From a virus (taxonomy: Duplodnaviria > Caudoviricetes): 64,000 bases of DNA. Numbering within the stretch: position 1 is the stretch's first letter; every line of letters starts with the position of its first letter. The notes below the pieces were generated by a model. The model ran no database searches, was not told where the DNA came from, and saw nothing but the letters and a program-made list of their open reading frames with translations. Below, piece after piece: positions 46,643-57,018 of this stretch. The stretch covers positions 2,063-66,062 of the IMG/VR virus record IMGVR_UViG_2841517901_000005; one strand, written 5' to 3'. The translations under genes were made by a program, and so were the position numbers.

Positions 46643-47646
46643 CCGGGCCCGTCTACCCCCCGCAGCACAACCGGAGCACCGCGCCGGGCGGCCAGCTGCC
46701 GGAGACCGAACAGCTCGACGTCTGGACGACGATCCTCAGCCAGTTCGCGAACAGCCCGATCCTGATCGGGATCCTGGAGAGCGAGGCGGCCGCGCTCGAT
46801 CAGCGGCCCAACCTCGACGACTTCTTCCGCCGCGTCCGCGACCTCGACACCGCCGAGGATTACGGGCTCGACATCTGGGGGCGCATCGTCGGCGTCAACC
46901 GGGTGCTGCAGGTCGTCACGAGCCGGTTCCTCGGCTTTGCCGAGGCTGCGGTGCAGGGCGACGGCACGATCACGGGTTTCAACGACGCCCTGCTGACCTA
47001 CGGCGCCTGTCTCGGGTTCGCCGAGGCGCAGCCCGGGTCGGAGCCCTACGGCTACGGCACGTTCTTGCCGGCGAGCCCGATCCAGCAGGCCACGGATGAG
47101 ACGTCGGCGCAGTACGGCCCATTCTACGACGGGTCGGTCACCACCCAGAATTTCCGGCTCGGCACGGAGGCCTATCGCCGGCTGATCTACGCCAAGGCCG
47201 CGGCGAACATCTGCGGCGGGTCGATCCCAGCCATCAACGCCATCCTGCGGCGGATCTTCCCAGGTCGCGGCAACGCCTACGTCAAGGAGCGGGTGCCGGA
47301 CAGCTACTTCGGGTTCGCCGAGGCCGCGTCGGTCCGGCCGAACTACATCCGCGGACTCAACACCCTCGTCGACTACCCGGGCCCGTACCTGGGTTTCGCA
47401 GAAGCCCGGCCCGGCGACGAGGCGCTGAACACCGCGCCCCTCTATGCGGGCGGCGTCGGCACCTCGCCGGCTTCGGGCAGCGCGCAGGTCGCCCCATTCT
47501 ACGCCGGCCAGCCGAACCCCTACGCGGCCATCACCTACGCGTTCGAGTTCGACCTGACCCCCGTCGAGCTCGCGATCGTCCAGCAATCCGGCGTCCTGCC
47601 GACGCCGACCGGCGTGGCGGCCTCCGTCGTCATCCTCCCGAGGTAG
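46639..47646 (+). CDS. DUF2612 baseplate wedge protein
   Basis: SQFANSP, TA..YGLDIWGRIVG, YRRLI..KA..NI, LP.P.GV. Confidence 0.88.
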   Translation: MTGPVYPPQHNRSTAPGGQLPETEQLDVWTTILSQFANSPILIGILESEAAALDQRPNLDDFFRRVRDLDTAEDYGLDIWGRIVGVNRVLQVVTSRFLGFAEAAVQGDGTITGFNDALLTYGACLGFAEAQPGSEPYGYGTFLPASPIQQATDETSAQYGPFYDGSVTTQNFRLGTEAYRRLIYAKAAANICGGSIPAINAILRRIFPGRGNAYVKERVPDSYFGFAEAASVRPNYIRGLNTLVDYPGPYLGFAEARPGDEALNTAPLYAGGVGTSPASGSAQVAPFYAGQPNPYAAITYAFEFDLTPVELAIVQQSGVLPTPTGVAASVVILPR

Positions 47647-47650
47647 CGAG

Positions 47651-49057
47651 ATGCAGCAGTCGCAAGCCCCCGCCAAGTTCCCGATCCCGTTCGCCAACGG
47701 GGCCGCCCCAAGCTACATCCGCGACATCCCCGAAGGCTCCCAGATCGGCATCGCCAACGGCGCGGCCAGCCTGCAGGACGGTTTTCCTCCGCTCAACTTC
47801 CTGCCGGTCGGCAGCGGGGGCGTTCCGCCGTTCGGCCAGGATTTGAACGGGTTGTTCAAGCTGCTCACCCTGTGGGCACGCTGGCAGGCGGCCGGCGGCC
47901 TGAACCTCTGGGACGGCACATTCGCCACCAAGATCGGCGGCTACCCGCGCGGCGCGCTGCTCTCCTCGACCACGGCCGGCCTCGTCTGGCTGAACACGAT
48001 CGACAACAACACGACCAACCCCGACGGCGGCACTGCGCAGAACTGGCAGCCCGTCCTGACCGGCGCCTCGGTGCCGCAGACGTCGCTGATCCATGCCGGT
48101 ACCGACACCAGCACCACGCCGGGCGCCATCACGATCCCGACGCTGGTGCCGGCCATCACCGCGCTCAGCAACTATCAGGTGTTCGAGATCGTCCCGGCGC
48201 TCGACATCGCCGGCCCGACCACCGTCAGCATCCAGAGTTTCGGAGCGATCTCCCTCAAGCGAAACGACGGCGGCGACCCGACGGCGGGTGACGGGCCGGC
48301 TGGCCGACCGTTCCTTGCCGTGTTTCTGAACGGCGTTCTGCGCCGTCTGGGCCAATCGTCGTCCGAGGTCTCCTCGACGGTCATCACCAATATTTTCGGC
48401 AGTCGCCTGGTCGTTGGTGGTCGCACTACGGTCTACAACTCCCCCGGCACTTACACCCTGCAGCTGCCGACCGACGTCACGACGTTCGGGATCGAGGTCT
48501 GGGGCGGCGGCGGCGGCGGCGGCGGGGCGACGGGAAACGGCACGACCGCTGCGGGCGCCGGCGGTGGTGGAGGAGACTATGAGGCGGGCTCCTACGCGTG
48601 TCGCGCCGGGTCTGCACTCACGATCGTCGTGGGCGGCGGCGGCGCGTCGGGGACCCCGAGCGGCAGCAACGGCGGCAACGGCTCACTGTCCTCGGTGACC
48701 TACACGAAACCCGACGGCACGAGCGTAACGATCGCGGCCGGCGGGGGTAGCGGCGGCGGCGGATCCAGCAACGGTGGATCGTTAGGAGGTGGCGCCGGTG
48801 GCACCGGATCCGGTGGGGCAGTTTCGCGCCCCGGCTATTTTGGTGGGCTTCCGTACACCGTCAGCAACAACGTGTTTATCGGCGGATCCGGCGGGTCATC
48901 ATACAACTCTTCTACTACGCCACCTAATTTTGGCTTTGCCGGCAACGGCGGTTCATTTCCCGCAGGTGGCGGCTCCGGATCTGCCGGCAACAACGTGACC
49001 GGCAACGGTTCCATCGGCGGTGCCGGCGCCTCCGGCCTCGTCATCGCCCGCTACTGA
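47651..49057 (+). CDS. Tail fibre with a glycine-rich domain
   Basis: GFPP..GGVPP.GQD.NG, IGGYP.GA; EVWGGGGGGG..GASGLVI. Confidence 0.85.
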   Translation: MQQSQAPAKFPIPFANGAAPSYIRDIPEGSQIGIANGAASLQDGFPPLNFLPVGSGGVPPFGQDLNGLFKLLTLWARWQAAGGLNLWDGTFATKIGGYPRGALLSSTTAGLVWLNTIDNNTTNPDGGTAQNWQPVLTGASVPQTSLIHAGTDTSTTPGAITIPTLVPAITALSNYQVFEIVPALDIAGPTTVSIQSFGAISLKRNDGGDPTAGDGPAGRPFLAVFLNGVLRRLGQSSSEVSSTVITNIFGSRLVVGGRTTVYNSPGTYTLQLPTDVTTFGIEVWGGGGGGGGATGNGTTAAGAGGGGGDYEAGSYACRAGSALTIVVGGGGASGTPSGSNGGNGSLSSVTYTKPDGTSVTIAAGGGSGGGGSSNGGSLGGGAGGTGSGGAVSRPGYFGGLPYTVSNNVFIGGSGGSSYNSSTTPPNFGFAGNGGSFPAGGGSGSAGNNVTGNGSIGGAGASGLVIARY

Positions 49058-49069
49058 TTGGAGCATTCC

Positions 49070-49495
49070 GTGCCCTACGCCTATGCGCTGATCGTGGACG
49101 CTCGCGTCCACGAGCTCTTCGAGATGCGCCCGAACCTGCCTGATCCGTTGCCGAAGGGCTGGACACTTCTTGACGTCGCCGCCTACCCCGACGTGGCGGA
49201 GGGTTGGCTCGTCGACGGGAGCGCAGTTCAAGCCCCGCCCGCGCCCGCGCGGACCCCGGCCGTCGTGGCCGAGGTCTCGAGCGCCCAGGCCAAGATCGCG
49301 CTCAGCCGCGCCGGCCACCTCTCGGCCGTCAAGGACGCCGTGAAGCAGGCCGGCGGCGAGGTGGAGATCTGGTACACCGACGCACGCACCTGGCAACGGT
49401 CCAACGCCTACGTCGCCCAGATCGGCACGGCCCTCGGCCTCGACGCAGCGGCCATCGACGACCTGTTCGCCGCAGCCTCGCAGATCCAGGCCTGA
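49070..49495 (+). CDS. Tail fibre assembly-like protein
   Basis: VSSAQAKIAL..W..A..W.R..LGL....DDLF..A. Confidence 0.75.
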   Translation: MPYAYALIVDARVHELFEMRPNLPDPLPKGWTLLDVAAYPDVAEGWLVDGSAVQAPPAPARTPAVVAEVSSAQAKIALSRAGHLSAVKDAVKQAGGEVEIWYTDARTWQRSNAYVAQIGTALGLDAAAIDDLFAAASQIQA

Positions 49496-49498
49496 TTC

Positions 49499-50164
49499 GT
49501 GCCGACGAACATCCTTTTGATCCAGCCGCGTCGGCAGGATCTTCAGACCTCGGCGAGCGCGGACTGGACCGACGCTTTCCCGCTCGTTCAGGCGGGGCCG
49601 GCCGCCGTCGTCGCCGGCATCGGCAATCGTGGTGACGGCCCGCTCGCCGTGACAGCCGTCGCGCCCTACACCGAGCTCGGCCCCCACGTGGTCACGGTGA
49701 CGAGCGCCGCCGGCGGGGTGTTCCTGTTCGGCGTCACCGATCCCGGAGGCACGCTCGTCGGTCGTGGGATGGCTGGCGCCACCGTCACCGTCGCAGGCCT
49801 CACGCTCAGCCTGACGCCCGGCAGCACGCCATTCCAGGTCGGCGATGCCTGGGGTGTGCAGCCGACCCCGCAGCTGATCGACGATACCGGGATCGACTAC
49901 GTCCTGCAGGTCCGACAAAGCCAGACCTCCCCGGTCGTCACGCTCGAAGCCACCTCCCGGCCGCCCGGCGGCACGCTGCAGACCCTGATTCCGGGCGCCG
50001 GCAGCGGCGTGCCGACGCTGCTGGTCCTCGCCCCCATGATGGCGCCAACGCGGTTTCCGCCCGGTCCCTACGTCTACGAGCTGCTCGCCCTCGCCGATGG
50101 CCGCCGCAAGAGCGTCTATTTCGGCAACCTCGAGCACGTGGACGGCGTGGCCTATCTGCCTTGA
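49499..50164 (+). CDS. Tail fibre adaptor/BppU-like protein
   Basis: ADW.D.F..., PG.YVYEL; beta-rich. Confidence 0.55.
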   Translation: MPTNILLIQPRRQDLQTSASADWTDAFPLVQAGPAAVVAGIGNRGDGPLAVTAVAPYTELGPHVVTVTSAAGGVFLFGVTDPGGTLVGRGMAGATVTVAGLTLSLTPGSTPFQVGDAWGVQPTPQLIDDTGIDYVLQVRQSQTSPVVTLEATSRPPGGTLQTLIPGAGSGVPTLLVLAPMMAPTRFPPGPYVYELLALADGRRKSVYFGNLEHVDGVAYLP

Positions 50165-50173
50165 GGCGCGCAC

Positions 50174-51205
50174 ATGCCGTTCAAGACGACCTCGACGGTC
50201 GGTGAGCCGATCGTCATCTCGCTCGCAGGCCAGCCCGGCCTGATCGGTGACCAGGGCGAGGATGGGCGCTCCGCCTACCAGATCGCCGTCGAGACCGGCG
50301 GCTATGCTGGCAGCGAGGCCGATTTCGCCGCCATGCTCGCAAATGCCGGTTCAGCTGATGCGACCCTGACGCTCATCGCGACGACGGATTTGCCAGGCGG
50401 GGCATTCGGTGCGGCCTACGGGTCGGGGCAGGTGAGCCTGGCCACTCCGACGGACACGTCCTCCGCTACAGGGGTGGCGATCGGGTACATCGACAGCCCG
50501 GCCGCAGCCGGCGCGGCGGTGGTGTTGCGGAAGAGCGGGATGGTCCGGGTGGCCGGTGCCGTATGGGCGGCCGGCGACCCCATCTACGTCGCCGACTACG
50601 GCGGCCCGACCAATCTGCCGCGTACCTCGGGCTGGAGCCAGCAGGTCGGCGCGGCGACCGGGCCCGACACTTTCGACCTGGCGATTGGCCCGGCCGAGAT
50701 CATCGCCTCTGTGGTCACGCTCGGCGCCGTCTCCGCGGTTATCGCCCAGGCCCTCACCGATGTGGTCCGGTCGTTGCCGCTGACGATGCCGCTCGCGGCG
50801 GGCTCGCTGTGGCGCTCCCAGACCTTCACATGCCTCTCGCCGAACTCGGACGGTACGCCCTACATCGCGCCCTACGGTGTCGGGCTGGGCGGCGCGCTCG
50901 ACCCGGTGACCGCGACCCTTGGCGTCGCGGTGCCACGGGCGCTGCGGGCGCTGCCGACCGTAGCGCCGGGCGCGGCGGGAGCGCTCTGGCGCAACGGCGG
51001 GCGGCTCGCTCTCACGGCGAACAACGACGGTACCGCCTATCCCACGACGCCGCTGCCGACCTCGGGCTCCGCGCTCCTGATCGCCGTCCGCGCCGCCCTT
51101 CTTCCCTGGCTCGCCGACACGATGCCTGCCCTGCCTACGCTGCCGCCGGTCTCGTCGAGCGCCCTGTACCGCACCAACGACCACGCCCTGGCGCTGTCGC
51201 TCTAG
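50174..51205 (+). CDS. Tail fibre-associated protein with three LPT..P...G.LW-type repeats
   Basis: GEDGRSAYQIAV..G..GSEA.F; three C-terminal motif copies. Confidence 0.7.
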   Translation: MPFKTTSTVGEPIVISLAGQPGLIGDQGEDGRSAYQIAVETGGYAGSEADFAAMLANAGSADATLTLIATTDLPGGAFGAAYGSGQVSLATPTDTSSATGVAIGYIDSPAAAGAAVVLRKSGMVRVAGAVWAAGDPIYVADYGGPTNLPRTSGWSQQVGAATGPDTFDLAIGPAEIIASVVTLGAVSAVIAQALTDVVRSLPLTMPLAAGSLWRSQTFTCLSPNSDGTPYIAPYGVGLGGALDPVTATLGVAVPRALRALPTVAPGAAGALWRNGGRLALTANNDGTAYPTTPLPTSGSALLIAVRAALLPWLADTMPALPTLPPVSSSALYRTNDHALALSL

Positions 51206-51327
51206 AGGTCCCGATGCCCCGCATTCTCCTCGCCCTCGTCCCGATCGCCGGGACGAGGATCACCTTCGCGCGCGCCCGGGGTTCGGCCCGGGCCCCCGCC
51301 CTGTCGTCCTGGTAGGAGGGCGCCGCG

Positions 51328-51582
51328 ATGGCCGACACCCAGATCTCCACTATCGCACCGGACGGCACCCGCTCAATTGAGGCGGCCTCGCAGCTCGTCG
51401 GCCGTCTGCTCCTCCCGGTCGGCGACGGCCAGCAGACCATCCCGCAGGCGCTGTCCGACCGGCCGACGCAGGCCGACGTCGCTGCCTACGTCGCCGCCGC
51501 CGCGCTCGCGGTCTCCTACGACATGGGCACCCTGGACCAGCCCGCCGACGGGTCCGCGCCTCTCGACTTCGGGGTCCTGTGA
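51328..51582 (+). CDS. Small tail-associated protein
   Basis: AGGAGG RBS; C-terminal DMGTL/DFGVL motifs. Confidence 0.65.
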   Translation: MADTQISTIAPDGTRSIEAASQLVGRLLLPVGDGQQTIPQALSDRPTQADVAAYVAAAALAVSYDMGTLDQPADGSAPLDFGVL

Positions 51583-53810
51583 TGACTCGACAGACGCTCC
51601 AGATCGCGCGCGGCAACACCGCTAAGGTCGCCAGCTATCCCGCTGCGCCGGGCGAGCCGTTCGTCAACACGGACACCGGCCGCCTACATGCCGGCAACGG
51701 TCTACCGGGCGGCGTCCCGGCCGCCCTGAAGAGCGAGGTCGAGGCGCTGATCGTCGCGCTTGCCAACAAGCGCGACAAGAGCCCCTACGAGTTGGTGCTC
51801 ACGCAAGAACTTCTGTCCGGCGACGGCTCCGCGGCCCAGGCGGCGATCAACTTGTTCATCGGGCTGCCCGGGCGGAAGCGGATCTATACCGCGCCTGGTC
51901 CGCTCTACTTCCCGCGTGTCATTGTTCTCCAGTACGTCAACGACCTGGAATGGGTCGCACAGGGCACCGATTACATCGTGCGGGCGCCCATTCCGGCATC
52001 AGGCGTGCTCGACCAGAACTATAGCTGGAACGGCTTTCTCTTTATTGCCAACTGCGCGGGTGTGGACTTCCTCGGCTCGGCAACGATCGACTACGACAAC
52101 TTGCCTTTCACGCAGGGCACGATCACGGCGGTCAACGGGACGTCGACGTTCGACGTCAAGGTCGACGACGGGTTCCGGATCGACTTCGCGACGTCCGAGG
52201 GGCACTTCGGCGTCGATGGCGATGGCATCCTCGACAGCGGCTCGAACTCCAACGTCGCGAGCATCACGCCGCTCGGCAATCGCACCCTGCGTATTGCTCA
52301 GATGAACTCGGTGAATGGCGCGCTCTACGTCGTTGGCAAGCGCGTCGCCATTCAGCACAAGAAATACAGCACCCCGCAAGCTGCCGCCGAGCCCCTGATC
52401 GTCTGCTATTCCAACCGCGATATTCGCTGGCTGGGAAGCTACCTGATCCTTGCGGCAGCCTCGACGGGCGTCTTCAACAATTACGGCGCCGGCACGCAGA
52501 ATTGGTCCGGCGTTCGCATCGCGCGAAAATTCGGGCGCCTGATCTCGGCCAACGCCGACGGTCAGCAGCACGTCGGCCTGCGCGGCGCGGACCTGATCCT
52601 CGACGACCCTCTCCTGGAGGGGATGTGCGACGACGCCATGCACGTCTTCAACGCGCAGTACACGGTGACCGCGGTCAGCGGGACGACGATCACCTCGGGT
52701 GGCGGCGATCTCCCGGCCTGGTGGGACACGACCTACAGCCGCGTGCGGGTCATCGCGCCGAACGGCGCCTCGCGCGGCGAGGGCCGGATCACGAGCACGA
52801 CGTCGGGCGGCGGGCAGTGGAGCGTCACGCTCGATACCCTGCCGGCCGGCACTGCGCCGGGTGACCGGATCCTCAACCTGTCGCTCCTGCCGCGCAAGAC
52901 GCAGGTCTTCGACGGGGTGATTGGTCGCAACTGGGGTAACGGCCTGCGTCTCGACTGCACGAACCTGATGGTCCGGCGCGTACAATTTGACCGGACGCTG
53001 TTTGCTGGCGTCGTGGCGGCAGCGGCCAACGAATTTCAGCAGGGGGCGGCCCCCTCTGATGTCATCGTAGACGATTGCGATTTTGACAATTGTCAGCGCA
53101 ATCGTGGCTTAGAGAGTGCCGACTATCTGCCGGTCTCAATCGCCGTGTACGCAACCTCTCTCGATGGATCTGGTGGTGGTTACGCGCCCGTCCAGGATAT
53201 CGGCGGCGTAGAAATTATTCGCAACCGTATCCGCCATACGGACGGCGGCGGAGTGGCAATATGTGAGGCCCATAACGTTACCGCTAGCGACAACACCTTC
53301 TACGACATTTCGCGCGTTCCTCTAAACTCGGATCCCGGTAATATCCGTCGCAACGACATCACCCTGCGAAATGTTTCAAAAGCCATCATCGACGACAACA
53401 AGAACCTTGACCTCACGGGGCGTATCGCTAGTGCGGGCGGCGCAGTGGTGGCTGAGGTCGGGCGTAACCCCGGCATGAGCCTGTCCGGCATTGTCGTTGC
53501 CGGAGATCTCGCGAGCATCACCGCGGCCGGCACCGATCAGGCGTCGGCTACCAGCTTACCGGCGCGATCAAACCGGGTTGTGGCAGGCTCCGGCGGCGTT
53601 CGTCTCCCGGCCATCGCCGCGTGGGGCGCGCGTACAATTACCGTGACCAACGCCACGAATGCTCCGATCCTTATCTATTCAAACGGATCTGAATATTTTG
53701 AGGTTGGCGGGGCATCGCGTCCACTTAAGCCGGCCCAGACTGAGACGTACATTCCGTCTCTCGAAATCGGTTGGGTTGAAGTCGGCCGCGCGGCACCGAT
53801 CAATTATTGA
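51579..53810 (+). CDS. Tailspike: Mtd-N-like head plus right-handed beta-helix (GH110-like)
   Basis: LQIARG..GEP.VNTDT.RL..G.G..GG; IDYD.LPFTQG.I; S.NADG.H...EGMCDDA. Confidence 0.8.
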   Translation: MMTRQTLQIARGNTAKVASYPAAPGEPFVNTDTGRLHAGNGLPGGVPAALKSEVEALIVALANKRDKSPYELVLTQELLSGDGSAAQAAINLFIGLPGRKRIYTAPGPLYFPRVIVLQYVNDLEWVAQGTDYIVRAPIPASGVLDQNYSWNGFLFIANCAGVDFLGSATIDYDNLPFTQGTITAVNGTSTFDVKVDDGFRIDFATSEGHFGVDGDGILDSGSNSNVASITPLGNRTLRIAQMNSVNGALYVVGKRVAIQHKKYSTPQAAAEPLIVCYSNRDIRWLGSYLILAAASTGVFNNYGAGTQNWSGVRIARKFGRLISANADGQQHVGLRGADLILDDPLLEGMCDDAMHVFNAQYTVTAVSGTTITSGGGDLPAWWDTTYSRVRVIAPNGASRGEGRITSTTSGGGQWSVTLDTLPAGTAPGDRILNLSLLPRKTQVFDGVIGRNWGNGLRLDCTNLMVRRVQFDRTLFAGVVAAAANEFQQGAAPSDVIVDDCDFDNCQRNRGLESADYLPVSIAVYATSLDGSGGGYAPVQDIGGVEIIRNRIRHTDGGGVAICEAHNVTASDNTFYDISRVPLNSDPGNIRRNDITLRNVSKAIIDDNKNLDLTGRIASAGGAVVAEVGRNPGMSLSGIVVAGDLASITAAGTDQASATSLPARSNRVVAGSGGVRLPAIAAWGARTITVTNATNAPILIYSNGSEYFEVGGASRPLKPAQTETYIPSLEIGWVEVGRAAPINY

Positions 53811-53858
53811 TGCGCCGATACAGCTCAAATCTAACTGTAAAATTTGGAGCCCGCGAGC

Positions 53859-54311
53859 ATGGCGCGTAAACCATTTCGTGCCGTCCGCGGCTCCAATGCG
53901 CAGGTGCGGGCCTATACCGGCTTCTCTGGCGAGCTGGTCTATAATACGGACACGGGCCGGCTACACGCGATGTCGGGAGACATCCCAGGCGGCGCCCCTC
54001 TGGCCCGCTGTGGACGCAGGGTCGTTGCTGGTCAAAATGCGTCCCTGGCTGCGGCCGATGCCTACGTCGCGGTCACCAGTCTTTCCGCCCCGGTCACGCT
54101 GACCCTCCCGCCGGCGGCCAATTTCGAGCCAGGCCAGCCCCTCTACATCGCCGATGAAACGGGACTGTGCTCGGCCGACGCCGGACGGACGATCACGATT
54201 GCCGCTGCGGGCTCGGACACCATCGCGGGGCAGCCGGCAGTCACGATGGGCTCGCCCTATCAGAAACTCACGTTCCACTCGAACGGCTCGAACCTGTGGA
54301 CCTACGCATGA
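53859..54311 (+). CDS. Short Mtd-N-like adaptor protein
   Basis: RGS..YTG..GELVYNTDTGRLH..G..PGG.PLA; TLTLP.A..ADETG domain. Confidence 0.75.
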   Translation: MARKPFRAVRGSNAQVRAYTGFSGELVYNTDTGRLHAMSGDIPGGAPLARCGRRVVAGQNASLAAADAYVAVTSLSAPVTLTLPPAANFEPGQPLYIADETGLCSADAGRTITIAAAGSDTIAGQPAVTMGSPYQKLTFHSNGSNLWTYA

Positions 54312-56971
54312 TGCGCAGCCTCGCTCTCATCCCGCTTGCGCTGGCGGCGCTCTTCGACGCTTCGGCACCGGCCTATGCCCAACAGGCGCAGGTGCTGCCG
54401 CCCGGGCAGATCGACGGCAGTGGCAACCTGATGCTGGGCCCCGTGACGCTCGGCAAGCGGCAGGGCACCACGTTCACGATCACGCCCGACAACCTACAGA
54501 TCCGCGGGGCCGGCTCGACAGGTGAAGCCTCAACGCTCGACGTGCGGGGCTTCGGGCTCTCGTCGCCGCTCAGTCTGCGCACGCTTGCCAGCGACCTGCC
54601 ACTCACCCCGCGGATGATCTCGCCCACCGCGTGCTCCGGCAGCGGCGATGACACGGCGACGCTCCAGACGCTCGCGGCGCTCTACCGGACGCTCGGCCGG
54701 CGGGTCTACGTCCCGGGCGACATGCAGTGCCGGATCGCCGCGACGGTCGTGTTCCTGCCGCCCGCGGGATCAAGCCTGGTCCGGCCAGCTCCGAGCATCA
54801 CCCTCGACAAGTCGGCCAAGATCACCGCGACCGCGGCGATGACCTCGATGTTCGATTTCGGGTCGGACGCGAGCGACTACAGCGGCATCATCCGAGGCGG
54901 CCTGTTCGAGGGCGGCACGTTCGATGCGGCAGGGCTGGCCGGCATCGCCGTGCGGGCGCCCTTCGTCAACCACGCCACCATCCGCAATGTCCGCACCGTC
55001 GACACGCAAGTGGCTGGCGTCAAGTTCGGCTCGTCGACCGCGCCGCAGTCGAGCTATGAGGGCTTCTTCGAGAATATCACGACTGTTCGCACCGCGCCGC
55101 GCGGCGCCGCCCCGGCCGGAAGCTCTTGCGTCCTCTACGAGAACACGGGGGATAGCCATGGCCTGAACTCGGTGCTCAACGGCTGCAAAATCGGCGTTAA
55201 TGCACCAAGCACGTATGACAGCAAATTCACCAACGTCCACGTCTGGAACTTCGACAGTGCGGGGCCGTTGGATGCTGGTTTTGATCTCGCCGGTGACAAC
55301 CACATTGTTGGCAGTCAGCTCGACGGTCCTTTCAGCGTCGCGTATCGCTTCCGTGGCGCGCGAAACTCCATCACCTCGTCCAGCGTCAACTACGGCTCTT
55401 ACGGCGGCACCGACAACGTCGCCAACATCGTGCAGCTCGATGCGGGCGCAAGTGTCAGAGCGGTCGCGAATTCGTGGAAGGCGGACGCGACCACCCGCAT
55501 TGCCAATGAAGTCACCGGCAACGTGGCCGGCTATACGGCAGTTGGCAATGTCTCGCTCAATGTCGTCAACGCCGCTCCGAGCACTCAACTCTCCGATCTG
55601 ACGGTCGCCGGCCCCGTAAATACGCTAAAGATGGCCGGTGACCAAAACGGCGAGTTCCTGGTCACCAACAGCCGGCCGGGCGTTAATACGCTCGGCGTCG
55701 TCAACAACGACACCAACGGATACAGCGCCTTTTTTGGGCGTCAGAAAGACCTGGCATTTCCTTATCCTTCCGCCGCTAATAGCCAACCCTATGAGCATTT
55801 TGCGATCGGCTTCGCCCCCAACATCTGCGCGGGGGGCGTCTGCGGCCTGAATTACTGGGAGAGCAGCCGCTTCACCACGACTGCCGATGCCAACTATCCG
55901 CCGCCGATCGCCGCCATGCAGATGACGGGTGGGGTGGACCCCACCGGCGGTACGAGCCTGCTCTGCACGAAGACGAACGGCTCCGCCACGCTGACCTGCC
56001 CCGCGAACTCGATCGCCAACGGCGTGCATGTCGCCGGCCGTGGCATCCCGCCTGGCGCCACGATCACCTCCGGCGGAGGCTCGACTACGCTGACTATGTC
56101 GGCCCCCTCGACCGTCAGTGCTGCGGAGTACACTAACTTCTACACTCCGCAGTTTGGTCAATACAACGTTTGGGGTATCGGCAACGGGCAGTTTCCGTAT
56201 GACTACAATCTGAATTTCTACACGTGGTCTGCCGGCAAGAACTATATCGATCTCGCGGACACCGGCGATGCGACCAGGGCGCCATTCCTGAGCCTGGATC
56301 GCGTGAATGGACGCACTTACGCCGGCAAATCTGCTTGGCGCGACCGTCTCTATGCATCGGCGCCGCTCAACGTCGTTGACCCGGGCACGGCCCTGTTCCA
56401 CGCGACCCGAATTGGCGTCAACACCTACAAAATGGACTGGCTGAGCGGGCCCAATCGGGTCGCGACGCTCGACGTCAACGGCGGCCGGACGCTGCGCCTC
56501 GACTATATGGACGGGACCGGCAGAACAGACTTTGGCGGCCCCGTTTCGTTCAATGCATTTGGCGGCGCATCCTCGACCAACGCCAATGATAAGAACTACC
56601 TGACCGTTCTTGGAAATCTCGGGAACGCACAGGCGGCGTCCCTGCGGTTCGGCGACGGCACTGGCTGGGAGCTGAACTTCGCGCAAGCCACCAATAACGG
56701 CGCCGTGCCCATCATGACCATGCTGGACTATGGTCCCGTTGGTTTTGGCGTCACCAACCCCGACTTCAACACATCTGTCGATGCCGCCAAAGCGATCCGC
56801 CCCGGCACCTTTACGGTCTCGACACTGCCGACCGGAGTGGCGGGGGCGACTATCTACGTGAGCAATGGTCGCAAGGTGAGTGAGGCGGCTGGTGCGGGTA
56901 CGGGTGTGCCGGCGTACTTCTCCAATGGCGCCTGGCGGCGGTACTCCGATGACACGCCCGTCGCGCAATGA
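54308..56971 (+). CDS. Pectate-lyase-like beta-helix spike with an N-terminal signal peptide
   Basis: MMRSLALIPLALAALFDASAPAYA|Q; GDDTATLQ..VYVP.D; C-terminal TV.TLP..GA.IYVSNG..AY..G.WR. Confidence 0.8.
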   Translation: MMRSLALIPLALAALFDASAPAYAQQAQVLPPGQIDGSGNLMLGPVTLGKRQGTTFTITPDNLQIRGAGSTGEASTLDVRGFGLSSPLSLRTLASDLPLTPRMISPTACSGSGDDTATLQTLAALYRTLGRRVYVPGDMQCRIAATVVFLPPAGSSLVRPAPSITLDKSAKITATAAMTSMFDFGSDASDYSGIIRGGLFEGGTFDAAGLAGIAVRAPFVNHATIRNVRTVDTQVAGVKFGSSTAPQSSYEGFFENITTVRTAPRGAAPAGSSCVLYENTGDSHGLNSVLNGCKIGVNAPSTYDSKFTNVHVWNFDSAGPLDAGFDLAGDNHIVGSQLDGPFSVAYRFRGARNSITSSSVNYGSYGGTDNVANIVQLDAGASVRAVANSWKADATTRIANEVTGNVAGYTAVGNVSLNVVNAAPSTQLSDLTVAGPVNTLKMAGDQNGEFLVTNSRPGVNTLGVVNNDTNGYSAFFGRQKDLAFPYPSAANSQPYEHFAIGFAPNICAGGVCGLNYWESSRFTTTADANYPPPIAAMQMTGGVDPTGGTSLLCTKTNGSATLTCPANSIANGVHVAGRGIPPGATITSGGGSTTLTMSAPSTVSAAEYTNFYTPQFGQYNVWGIGNGQFPYDYNLNFYTWSAGKNYIDLADTGDATRAPFLSLDRVNGRTYAGKSAWRDRLYASAPLNVVDPGTALFHATRIGVNTYKMDWLSGPNRVATLDVNGGRTLRLDYMDGTGRTDFGGPVSFNAFGGASSTNANDKNYLTVLGNLGNAQAASLRFGDGTGWELNFAQATNNGAVPIMTMLDYGPVGFGVTNPDFNTSVDAAKAIRPGTFTVSTLPTGVAGATIYVSNGRKVSEAAGAGTGVPAYFSNGAWRRYSDDTPVAQ

Positions 56972-57018
56972 CGCGCCCTGACCCGGCCCCACACCACTCC
57001 TGACAATCCGGAGACACC

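Noticed and set aside
51213-51315. 33-aa ORF MPRILLALVPIAG..., possibly a signal-peptide remnant
   Set aside because: Too short and featureless to support
51579-54311. Diversity-generating retroelement, suggested by the Mtd-N-like domains
   Set aside because: No reverse transcriptase, Avd or TR/VR repeat pair seen; only the anchor domain is shared
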